Shown here: positions 51,307 through 63,399 of the stretch, piece after piece | Position numbering within the stretch: position 1 is the first letter of the stretch | How the letters are laid out: each line of letters starts with the position of its first letter | Assembly: GCF_006345805.1 (NCBI RefSeq) | Contig: NC_043006.1 | Location: forward strand, 24,490,001 to 24,554,000 | Direction: 5' to 3' | From: Octopus sinensis | Lineage: Eukaryota | Length of the DNA stretch: 64,000 nt | Position numbers and translations under genes: made by a program | Notes under the pieces: generated by a model | Seen by the model: only the letters and a program-made list of their open reading frames with translations | Database searches by the model: none | What the model was told of the DNA's origin: nothing

Positions 51307-51630
51307 ACAATCATAGTTGTCGGCGAGAATTAGATTTCCTTCACAAATACTTATACTTTTTCCAGCGTCCACTGTCGCTGATATTGAAAAAGTGAAATCA
51401 AACAATGATAAATATCAAAGTGAGTTATATACTACAGTAGCATCCACCCTTAGGGGTAGCCATATTGAAATGGCAAATATACGTCACAATGTGTTACCGC
51501 TACTGTATATAACTCACTTTGATATTTATCATTGTTTGATTTCACTTTTTCAATATCAGCGACAGTGGACGCTGGAAAAAGTATAAGTATTTGTGAAGGA
51601 AATCTAATTCTCGCCGACAACTATGATTGT

Positions 51631-51675
51631 CACACGCTGACGAGAGGTCAATACCTCGAAACTCGAGTCCGTGTG
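51631..51675 (+). ncRNA. Minimal type I hammerhead ribozyme, intact
   Basis: cacacg-CTGACGA-gagg-tcaata-cctc-GAAA-c-tcga-g-TC-cgtgtg: 6-bp stem I, 4-bp stem II, palindromic stem III, GUC triplet. Confidence 0.92.
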
Positions 51676-52599
51676 TATCATAAGTTGAAGACGGGAAGGA
51701 TGACTTCCCTTTGCAAATACTGACAGGACACAGAAAGTGCATCTATGGCCAGCTGGAGGAGTGTGTCCTCCTGGGGCTAAAAACTACAGTAGCATCCACC
51801 CTTAGGGGTAGCCATATTGAAATGGCAAATATACGTCACTATATATATATATATTCAGAAAATGGAGATGTAGCATTAATATAATTCATTAACTGCAAAA
51901 ATCCAACATATTCTCTTACAGCTGTTTCAATTTTGGCCAAAGATTAAATTCCAATAATCAAATCATTCTTTTAGGTAAAATCTCATAGGAGGAGTAGGAA
52001 AGAGATACCATTATGTTATCATGTGTTATGTTTCCAAATCATCTCAACAGACTGAATATCATTTAGTTACTACTAATGGGTTATATCTGGGCCAGGAGGT
52101 AATAGGTAGTAATGGATAATATTGATAAAATCAGGGTAATAATTGGTAAGTAAATAAATAAATGTTAGTGAGTTAAAGTAAATAATATTATTGTTTACAT
52201 GAGAGAATAAATAAATGAATATGTTTATAAATTGTTTATAAAATTGAGAGAAATTAATGTGAAAAATAGATAAAGCATAAAATAATCCTAGTCATGAAGA
52301 ACCTTCATCTTTTTATACAGTGCATATACATATATACACAAAAACACATATATACATCTTGGTAATAATATATGTATATATGTAAAAATACACATATTCA
52401 AGCATTTAACACACACAAACAGTGAGTAAAAATATATATATGTATAAAGTACACTCGCATGAAAAAGCTTATATATACATATGTACATATGCACATACAC
52501 ATTCATATATCTACACGTATAGTAAGGTATTAATATATATTTATATTAACAATTATAGGTAACACACACTTATTCATAAATCTTTTTACACCCTTATAC

Positions 52600-52772
52600 A
52601 CATACATATTACATGTACATATACATATTCATACATATATATTCAAGAATTACATGTACGATGACAATACATACATATTTTCTGCTTAATTTAAATTTAT
52701 ATATATATGTATATACGTACATATGTATATATATGTGTGTATATGTATATATATGTGTGTATATGTATATAT

Positions 52773-52838
<66 letters not shown>

Positions 52839-52900
52839 CACATATATACAAAACATACATATATACATGTATACCCATATATACACACATACATTTACAT
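52600..52900. repeat. TA/TG-rich compound microsatellite
   Basis: Read directly from the sequence. Confidence 0.95.
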
Positions 52901-53009
52901 AGGATCAAACAGATCAAAAGCCCTCACATATTAATTTATAGTGATATAAATGCTTATCTAAGCATTTAACAAGGTCCCCCCTGATCCCTTATCTAAGCCT
53001 TTGACAGGG

Positions 53010-54620
53010 TCCCCCCATCTCTTATCTGGTGGTCAATGCAGAAACTAGGGACAGATGAATGGTTAGTGAGAGCTGTACAAAGGTGAGGGTTGCCAATGAG
53101 TACAGTGAAGAATTCAAGGTAGGAGTAGGGGTCCACCAACGATCAGTCCTCAGCCCCCTCTTACTCATCACAGTCCTCCAGGAAAATAACAGAGGAATTC
53201 AAGGCAGGATGCCCCTGGGAGCTCCTCTATGCTGATGACCGCTCTAATAGCCAAGTCACTACCAGAACTAGAGACAAATTTTCAAGTGTGGAAGCAAGGT
53301 CTAGAATCGAAGGGATTTAAAGTCAATCTAGCAAAAATCAAAGTCTTAAGTAGGAAGGCAGACAAACCACAAATCCCTTCAGGTAGATGGACCTGCTTGA
53401 TCTGTAGAAAAAACATAGGTAGAAACTCTATAAGATGTACCCAGTGTAAGCTATGCACACATAAGAGGTGCAGCAATATCAAAGGAAGGCTAACTGGGTA
53501 GATAGTTGTGTGGCAAATGTTCAGGAGCAATAAACACTGAAAATGTGCAGAAAACAGCTTCCGTTACATTGCAAGGGGAAAAACTAGAAGTAGTTGATAG
53601 CTTCCGTTACCTAGGTGACCAAGTCAGTAGCGGTGGGTGGATGCTCTGAAAGTATAGTCACTAAAATAAGAATAGCCTGGGCAAAGTTCAGAGAGCTCCT
53701 ACCTCTGCTGGTGACATAGGGTCTCTCACTCAGAGTAAAAGGTAGACTGTATGACGCATATGCGTGAACAGCTATACTACATAGCAGTAAAACATGGTCT
53801 GTGACTGCTAAGGAAATGTGTAAGCTTGCAAGGAATAAAGCCAGTATACTCCGCTGAATGTGTAATGTTAGTGTGCATACATGACAGAGTTTAAGTGCCC
53901 TGAGAGAAAAGTTGGACTTAAGAAGCATCAGATGTAGTGTGCAAGAGAAACAACTGCACTGGTATGGTCATGTTTTGCATATGGATGAGGACAGCTGTGT
54001 TCAAATGTGTCACACCCTAGCAGTAGAGGGAACATGTGGAAGAGGTAGGGCCAAGTGACCGAGACCTTTGGAGATATGCTGTGCTTGAGAAGATCCAGCA
54101 AGCCAAGTGAGACCGTAACCATGGCTTGTGCCACTGCTGTCTAACCAACCCATTTAAGAGTACCCTTCAATCATTGGGCAATAAACTGCACTTGCGCAGG
54201 CCTGTTGAGGTAAGTGAAATCATTGTCGTGGCTGATGACAGTACCACCTGATTGGCACCCATGCCAGTGGCACATTAAAAGCACTAGTCGAGTGTGATTG
54301 TTGCCAGTGTCGCCTGACTGGCTCCCATGCTAGTGGTATGTAAAAAGCATCATTCAAGTATGGTCAATGCCGGTGCCAACTGACTGGTTCCGAACTGGTA
54401 GCATGTAAAAAGCACCATTCAAGCGTGGTCAATGCCAGTACCGCCTGACTAGCCCTCATGCTGGTGGCGAATAAAAAGCACCACTCTTGGAGTGGTTGGC
54501 GTTAGGAAGGGCATCCAGCTGTAGAAACATTGCCAGATCGGATTGGAGCCTGGTACAGCCTCAGTCAAACTGCCCAACCCTTACCAGCATGGAAAGCGAA
54601 CGCTAAACGACGATGATGAT
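53010..54620 (+). mobile_element. Degenerate RTE LINE 3' half
   Basis: ELLYADD, GRWTCLICRK...CTQCKLCTHKRC, FRYLG, 3' UTR and (GAT/GAC)n tail. Confidence 0.95.
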
Positions 54621-54699
54621 ATACACACACAGATACATTCATAAAGGTACATTATATATATATAAGGGTTTGTATACAACTAAAAATGTATATATATAT

Positions 54700-55400
54700 C
54701 TCGCTGTCTGGGGAGAGTCATTTTCTTTTTGTGCCTTATAATGTAACACATTCACCGGTAGAATTTCCACTTATTTCTTATTTTCATTTTCCTAAAATTT
54801 TCGTTGTCTTGCAACCTTTTCAATAGTCTTGACTGTCCGTTATTTACACTGCGTTCCTTTTTGTTTGGTTGTGCACATATATGTGGGTCAGTGTGTGTAT
54901 GTGTGCACCTATGCATGCATGCATTTATGTATGTGTGTATGTAGGTATGCATGTGTATGTATGTATATATGTGTGTGTGTCCATTTGTATGTATGTATCG
55001 TGTATATTCATGTGCTTGCATGTCCATGTTTGTGTATTTTCTATGTATGTGTGTGTGAGAGAGAGAGCATGCTCTCTCTCTCTTGTACTGTCTTATGTCC
55101 CTCCCCGCCACTACACACTCAATAACACTATAAAATGGTCAAAACTTAAATTCTTTTCCCCCCAAGATCTTGGACCCCCCTCGGAGTAAACATCCTGTCC
55201 AGCAGAACAATTTTTTCTTCTTCTTCCCTCTCCCTTCCCCTCTTTTTCTTTAACACTCCTTCCAAATACAAAAAAACACACACACACACACATGCTCTCT
55301 CTCTCACTTTCTCCCTATCCATCACCCTCTTGTACTGTCTTATATCCCTCCCCACCACTACACACTCAATAACACTATAAAATGGTCAAATCTCTTTTCA
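54700..55400 (+). repeat. Second copy of the 11.8-kb repeat plus a ~248-bp-offset local duplication
   Basis: cttgtactgtcttat.tccctcccc.ccactacacactcaataacactataaaatggtcaaa at ~55082 and ~55329. Confidence 0.75.
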
Positions 55401-55808
55401 CAGGAACTTGGTTCGATTTGGAAACCCCACTAGAATGGGAGAAAGAGTTAATACATGATCTAAGTTATATGATGTATAAAAACATGTAATATACAAATAA
55501 GTATCTGTAAATATAAAACCATCCGAATTTCTGAGTACCTCATTTCTTTTAATATAAAATACCTGTACATTATCTCCAAACCTTCCAATACGTGTATATA
55601 TATATATATATATATACGTAAAATTGCTTGTTTGTCACCAATGCACACAAATACCAGTTAACCAATCATGTTGAAACTTAGCATGGAAGGTCCTTTGATT
55701 GAGATATAGGTTGTCCTCAAATTTGGACCTATATTCTTTTAAGGTATAGGAGATATACCACATTCAATGGAGTTTCGGTTGTTTATGAAAAATGGAAGTT
55801 AAAGCATC

Positions 55809-55840
<32 letters not shown>

Positions 55841-55995
55841 TGTGCTGCTGTTAGTGTGTATGTTTACCCTTTTCTCTCTTGTTACTTGACTTAATGTGAA
55901 GGGAAGGAAATACCTCCTACATGGTCAGCAAAATGACATCAAATATACTCCTTTCCTTTTTCTCCATATATATGTGTGTGTGTATGCGTGTGTGT

Positions 55996-56210
55996 GTCAC
56001 TAAAGTGACAAAGGGCACTAATCGGCACCAGTATTGCTAGAAATATGAGTCAAAACAACTTGTAGTGGTGTAGGTGAAATCATCGATGATCTGGCTATGT
56101 TGGCATAGAAAGCTTACTTCCCTTGTCAGTCTTCTATGGCTATTGAGTTGTTTTGACTCTTATTTCTAGCAATGCTGGTGCTGATCAGTGCCTTCTGTCA
56201 CTTTAGTGAC
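55996..56210. mobile_element. MITE with 65-bp terminal inverted repeats
   Basis: Arms 55996-56060 and 56146-56210 are complementary at 59 of 65 positions. Confidence 0.85.
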
Positions 56211-56483
56211 GTATATATTTCTGCCTTTAGGTTGTAAAATTGCAAATTAGCCACCCATATTACTTATAAGTATGTATGTGTGCGTGTGTGCATGTATATA
56301 TGTATATGCATATAGATATGTGTGTGTGTGTGTTTAAACAAAACTGTTCAACGAAGAGGAATGAGTAACAGCTTTTGTGATATTTTTGCTGCTTATCAAT
56401 AAAACATATTACTCTACCTCTGGTATTCATGTACTATTTTTAACACCTTGTTTTGCATTTATGTGCTTACTCTGATATATATA

Positions 56484-56559
<76 letters not shown>

Positions 56560-56665
56560 CTCCGCTCAAAACGTTAAACCCTCCTTCTTTCCTGAGCATC
56601 CAATAATACTATATTTGTTCCATGTCCTCGCGCTGTTGTGTTTTTTTGTGCTTTCTTGTTTGGAT

Positions 56666-56717
<52 letters not shown>

Positions 56718-57399
56718 AATGAACAAGGAATAATCTGAATACAATTTCAAATGGTACTATGCAAGATAGAACTACTGTCCTGTTGTTCTGCAAGTGAAGA
56801 TCAATAATTAATAATTAATTCTAATTAAAAATAATCCATTTTGGTCAAATGACTTTAAAACATGTGGCATGGTGTTTTTCTTTGTTTGTTTTTGTGTGTG
56901 GAAGATTATAAATAGTAGTGAGTGAACACAGCAGTTACATGGTGTCAGGCTGTTGATATCGGACAGCTGATGCAGTAGTTGGTGTTGAACTGTTTATGCA
57001 ACAGTTGGTGTCAGACCATTGATGTGACAGTTGGTGCTGAGTGGTTGATGTGAATAGGGTAGGCAACATGAGCAGTTGGTGAATGTTCTTTTTTTCTACT
57101 CTAAACAAGATGGCTTGCTTGCAATTTCCAAGCCGCTAACTTGACTGTTGGAGCTGTGTCAGTGAAAACAAATGCTAACATAAGAGACAATGTCCTACCA
57201 GTATTCCCACACCGAGTTAAAGATAGTAATGGGATTTCATTCAATAATTTGATATACAAGTTTTTTCTTAATAATTATTGATTCTAACATTACTGGCATA
57301 ACTCCCTCAATTACACAAACTTCTATAAAATAATATACACCATCAACTACACAATCTTATATACTATCATACAAACTTATATACACCCTTATGTAATAG

Positions 57400-58621
57400 T
57401 TTATACATTCTCTTGACTATAAAAATTTATATACACAATCAACTACACAAACTTATATAAATACTACACATATATGTCATGATATTAGACCATACAACAT
57501 CATGTCCCAATCCATGCGGTCTTTTCGCCTTATATATTTTACCTGAGTAAACATAGAAGTTTACACAACATCCCGTCTCCAATTCACAAACTTTCCATAC
57601 CTTGATCCCCCATTTAGTAGGTTTAGCAGGCATGTACTGCCGAAAATGTACTCTGCCCTTATAGCCTATCATGGCTTCATCTACACTGAGATTTTTTCCA
57701 AGTAAATAAACAGTTTTATAATTATTAACAAGTAAATCGATTACAGGATGTACTTTGTACAGGGGATCTTAGTTTGGGTCTTTTTGATTTGGGGTATTAG
57801 CAGAATCACTTATATGCAAATACTGAGATATTTTCAAATACTTCATCTTCGACATTATACTCGAAATATATGGATCGCCATGCCTTACATCAGGACTCCA
57901 ATAGTTCCATGGTTGAGGAAGCTGTTTAACACCAAGCATAATATTAATTGTATAAAACGCTCTCATTTCTGCAGTACTATTTGGCTGCCATAGTGGATCG
58001 TTTCTTCCATGAACAGAAATTAAATGTTGCGCATATTTGTTTGTTTCCTCTGCAACATTTTCAAAAAAACTTTCAGGTAAAAATAAAACAGATAGTCTAA
58101 TGGGTGAGCATCAGGAGGTAAATTGTGTTGTGGACCAGTGTTTTCTGTAAAATCTGAATTAGTGTTTGGTGTTGTAATTTTTGACCATGTTGCCATGTTT
58201 ACGATATCGTTTTCATCACTTTCATTATCGAAATCTTCTTTGGCCGACGAATAATCACTGATATCAATATCAGATTCATCGGAAGACAAAATACTTCTGT
58301 TCTCGTTGATATCTTCAATATCATCAATAGTAAATCCTTCAAAGTCGGAATCACTACTTGCTGACACCATTTCTTCACAACAAACGTAAACACTTCTCTT
58401 CAAACGTGAAAATAACCATGTGGTCTAAACAATTTCACAGTATTTATACTTGAATAAAGGTGGGAAAGGCTTCATCTCGCATTATCTCAAAGCTATGAGA
58501 ATTCAATAATATGATTTATTCAATTTTTTAGCAATTTGTTAGAGCTTTCGGATACGGCCGGTTTGAACAAATAAAGGAGAATTAATTTTGGCCGGTTACG
58601 GCCGGTTTGAACACTAAAGGG
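57400..58621 (-). mobile_element. piggyBac remnant, same family as 33520-35262
   Basis: TIR tgaacactaaaggg at ~58608-58621; acidic N-terminus; LSVDEAMIGYKGR..RQYMPAKPTKWGIKVW. Confidence 0.9.
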
Positions 58622-58990
58622 TTGTGGTAAGAAGCTTGCTTCCCAAACATATGGTTCCAGGTTCAGTCACACTTTGTGGCACCTTGGGTTTCTTCTACTA
58701 TAGCCTTGGGCCGACCAAAGCCTTGTGATTGGATTTGGTAGATGGAAACTGAAAGAAGCCCATCGTATATATACATATGTATATATTTATGCATGTGTGT
58801 GTCTTTCTGCTCATGTTTGTTCCTCTATCACTACTTGACAACTGGCGCTGATTGTTTATGCCCTCGTAACTTAGCAGCTTGACAAAAAAAAACTGATAGA
58901 ATAAGTACAGGGCTTTAAAAATAATTACCGGAGTTGAATTGTTCAACTAAAATCCTTCAAAGTGGCGCTACATCATGGCCACAGTAAATC
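58622..58990 (+). mobile_element. tRNA-SINE abutting the piggyBac TIR
   Basis: gttgtggtaagaagcttgcttccc...gtggatttggtagatggaaactg. Confidence 0.88.
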
Positions 58991-59069
58991 AGTAAGCATT
59001 AATGGAATTTTAGCTGGTGCCATGTAAAAAGCATTCAGTCCACACTGGAAGTTCAACTCTCTTCTTTCT

Positions 59070-60130
59070 AATTGTCCCAGCTAAAGTAGTTTTCTTGCTA
59101 AGCAGCTTTCAAGCCAATCCTAGACTTGTGATAAAAAAATTATCACAAGTTATATTGCGACCAGTATTTTCAAGTTCTTTCACTTGGTCAACAACTCTTG
59201 AACCTTGATTTGTCTCTCTCCCTTTTACTGGGCCTTTTCCAGTGAAGATTTGCATTTTCCAGGCGTAAGATGTTTCACTGTCACTTATTGCCCAGAATTT
59301 AATTCCATATTTCTCTGGTTTTGAAGGAATATATACCCAGAATGGGCACGACCCTCTAAATGAAACTAATTGGTCATCAACTGTCATGCATGAACTTGGA
59401 ACATATCCATCTTGCAAGTTCTGATACATTTCAAATACTTCTCTTATGGGCTCCAATTTAGCATCACTTCTCTTTTTTCTCCTTGCACTAGCATCATCAA
59501 AACGCAATACTTGTAATACCTGTTGAAACCTTCCCCAGCTCATAATTTTGTTGAATATTGGGCGGCCATCTTCTTGACTCCATAACTGTGTGACATTTTC
59601 ATGTTTAGATTTATAAACACTTATAAAAATAATCAGTCCAATAAATTTCTTTAGTTCAGAGTGATTAATTTCCTTCCATTTATCTTTGAAAACAACCTGA
59701 CCATCAACATTCGTCCATTTATGAATTACTTCAAGAGGATTCTGGCGCATAAAGATAGTAAAACATGTTTTAATTCTATTGCAAGACCTTTCAGCAAAAC
59801 GGGATGGTTCACATTCCTGGCGCACAATATTGCAAGATAAGATTAGAATACCAAACTTCTAGTCTGTCTCTAGAAACATATTACTCATTCATAATAGGGT
59901 GGCTTGTAGAAAATTGTTTTTGAGTATCTTCATCATCTGATGACACAGAACCTAAATTGTCCAGCACACAATCAATTTCACCATCATCTTCAGAGCAATA
60001 GAAGGAATCACTAGTATCTTCTTCCTATTCTTCATCTAATTCCAATAACATTTTCAATATTTGGTCTTCACTCAAGTTTTCCCATCTCGGCATACTGGAA
60101 AGCACAACTGAACTACCACAAAAACCCATG
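59070..60130 (-). mobile_element. Second piggyBac transposase pseudogene (PGBD4-like)
   Basis: RFQQVLQVLRFDD, VDDQLVSFRGSCPF..YIPSKPEKYGIK, GRNITCDNFF. Confidence 0.92.
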
Positions 60131-60602
60131 TAAATTGTGCAACCGTGTAATTTACCCAGATGATTTTCAGGATAAAATTTGTTAAAAAAAAAAATAAAGC
60201 ATCTACTAATGTAAAATTTGTACCCAAAAGTTTTCAGAATTGCTAATATAGCCAAGGAAAAAAGATTTTCAGAATTGCTAATATAGCCAAGGAAAAAAGG
60301 TTTTCAATTTAGTTGTATTTAGTATAATTTCACTTACTTCTGATTAGATTTTATTAAATTTTCATTAAATAAAAATAATTTCTATTTAACAGGTATCACA
60401 TTGAAAGTTATTAAATTACAAAGTGTTTCTGTTGTTTATAATAAACTTTATTTTACATTTCTTGCCCACAAGAGATTATGTCTGATCTTTAGTATACTGC
60501 TGTATATCTTCTCAAATCACAATCACAGGAAAAGTTATTGATAAGAATTACCAACAGAAACAAAGCTGATAAATATACACAGGTGTTGCAAATTAAGTTT
60601 AA

Positions 60603-60999
60603 CTAGCAGTATCGCCCGGCATTGCTCGGGTTTGTAAGGGAAATAACTTTATAAGCATTTTTAGAGAGTTATAGCCAAAAAATAGCAAAAAATGCTTTAA
60701 AAATGGGAAAAAAATGATGGTAAATTTTTTTTTAAATCGCTGACTCATCGTAGACATTTTTAGAGAGTTACTTCCCTTATGTAATAGCGAAAAAATGCAT
60801 TTAAAGGGAAAAAAATGATAGCAAATTTTTTTTTTAATCATAGACTCATGGTAGACGCGCGCTAATACCCAGAAGGGCTCGATATGAATCACGACTATAA
60901 AATACCCGGTTTTGGTTAAACTGCACCGCAAAATGTAGGAGTAGTTAGGAATCTAAATCGTAGGAGACAGACACACAACTTCACTTTTATATATAAAGA
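60603..60999 (-). mobile_element. Non-autonomous Helitron, same family as 47924-48211
   Basis: Reverse complement: a|TC-tttatatataaaagtg ... cccgagcaatgccgggcgatactgCTAG|t. Confidence 0.88.
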
Positions 61000-61454
61000 T
61001 TACCAAAAGACATCAACTTGGATGACACTTTACTCAACTGGCAGGGGAAGGTGACCGATCAAACTGATTATGTACATAGAATTCTTTTCTGTCTATTCTT
61101 GTTGGAACCTTTGATATGGAGTATCGAAATCTTAATCCTTTTCACACTTATAAAATGTCAAGCAAACTTTAAAATTTGTCATTACCAATATTGGCAGTAT
61201 GGGCAGACTATGATACAATACCACACAAACTTACAGGAATATTTTCATAATTTTTCCTATTCTATCTAAAATTCAGCAAATAAATTGAATACAATTTTAT
61301 CTATTTTATATCTGATAAATATCTAGGAAAATAATATTTGATACTGCTTTTATTCTGTCTAGAATGACAAGAGTATTATCTTAATTTAATTTGAGGGTCC
61401 AATGGACCCATACAGTAATGAATGCATACAGTAAAATTTTCTAGGTTTATTCTT

Positions 61455-61652
61455 TTACTCTTTTACTTGTTTCAGTCATTTGACTGCGGCCATGCTGGAG
61501 CACCGCCTTTTTAGTCGAGCAAATCAACCCCAGGACTTATTCTTTGTAAGCCTAGTACTTATTCTATCAGTCTCTTTTGCCGAACAGCTAAGTTACGGAG
61601 AGGTAAACACACCAGCATCAGTTGTCAAGTGATGTTGGGGGGACAAACACAG

Positions 61653-61697
<45 letters not shown>

Positions 61698-61862
61698 TAC
61701 GACAGGCTTCTTTCAGTTTCCGTCTACCAAATTCACTCACAAGGCTTTGGTCGGCCCGAGGCTATAGTAGAAGACACTTGCCTAAGGTGCCACGCAGTGG
61801 GACTGAACCCGGGACCATGTGGTTGGTAAGCAAGCTACTTACCACACAGCCACTCCTACGCC
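61455..61862 (-). mobile_element. Full-length tRNA-SINE
   Basis: Near-consensus family match. Confidence 0.95.
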
Positions 61863-63399
61863 TTATTTAAACATATGGAAAATTTCCCATTCGACAAATA
61901 AAAGAGAGTCAAGAAAAAATAAGTCACAAGAAATCAGCAGAATCAAATAATATAAACAGTAGGAAAGAGCAACTGAAATGGGTCCATTGGACCCATTGGT
62001 AGACAGAGGGTTAAATGAAATTCAAGCAATTCGATATTAACAGTATTTTCAATATTACCTTGACACTTAAGCCAGTGAGTTGGAAGAATCTTTTGCATGT
62101 CTGCCTAAATGCTTAGCTGCATTTTGTCAGACTTTATGTTCTGAGTTCAAATTCCGCTGAGTGGATAAAAATAAGTACCGGCTGAACTCTGGGATTAATG
62201 CAATCCACATGCCCCTCCTCTGAAATTGCTGGCCTTGTGCCAAAATTTGAAGCCAATATTACCTTGACATTTAAGGAATCTTAGTTTTCTACTTTCTTCC
62301 CTTTCCTCTACTTGTATTTCATTTATTTGATCTTAATAGGTCAAAACAAAGAGCAACAAGCTTGATTATGGAGTGGAGAGTTAATGGTTTTTTTTTTTTT
62401 ATCTTGTCACCTATTGAGAAATAGGTAATTCTGCTGCACCAAAGTTTAAATTCAATAGTTAACATTCCAGCAATTTGTTGAAATGCAGGGATAATCATGC
62501 AAAAAAATAGATATTAAAAAAAAAGATGTCTGTAAATGGGGAAAAAATCATGTAAAGAATAACAAATGAACAAAGAACATGCATATTAAGTATGACAGAT
62601 CTTAAACCATTAGTAGTAAAACAAAATAAAACAACACAATTTTTCTATTGGTGAACCGTTTCTCTGAAAGACATAAACAGGAGATATCTTGTTTTTCCCT
62701 TTATAGCTAACACATTTCTAACAATAGCTAAAAGTTCAGTTTATCAAGTGAATGTAAATTATTTGGCAATGGCCTAATAGCTATGAGGCATAAACAAATG
62801 TCTACAAAATCTTCTGAAGCAAAATTATTAAAGATTGTGAGGGAAAAGAGAAACTAGTAAAAAGAAGAAATTATAAAATAGCTGTTGAATTTTCATTGAA
62901 ACCAGTTAGAATTCAGAGAAACAAAGCCTCTGTAATCCCAGAAGACTTAGACTTTCCTAATCCCATGTGTATCTTTGATTTGTTTGTTGGTTTATCCTAC
63001 TCTTCCACAAACTACTAACTCTGTTGACTGTTAGCAAGAATCAATATCAAAGCTATTAAACTAGAATATAAACCATTTTTATCCCTTTTTTTTTTGAAAG
63101 AAAACCAATATTTTCAAATGACCAAAATCAAAACTAAAAGACAAAGTAAAAGTCTATCAGCTCATTTTCTAGTAGAGACAACTAACTGTTTACTGATAAG
63201 TAATATTTGGCGCAAAACCTAACACATTTGTAAATACCATATCAAAACTTCATAACAAACGATTATCATATTCCATTTTGGATTATGATATTCAATGCTT
63301 CTACAGTTTTCATTTTTTTGCTAGTTTGTTTTTTTATCTTTTTTTATTAACGTCTTGGGGTTGGAGGAAGGGGCAGCACCCATGGTCTTTGCAGATCCT

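Larger units (their letters stand above)
51052..51839. mobile_element. Retrozyme-like 352-bp hammerhead-containing unit, forward copy plus inverted copy
   Basis: Period 352 on both sides (aatgataaatatc at 51052/51404; actacagtagcatcc at 51431/51783); flanked by (TA)n; no meaningful ORF. Confidence 0.85.

Noticed and set aside
51214-51742. Mirror-image ORFs MFDFTFSIS...
   Set aside because: By-products of the inverted repeat; no protein motif.
60226-60305. 33-bp tandem duplication
   Set aside because: Ordinary slippage duplication near the piggyBac 5' region.
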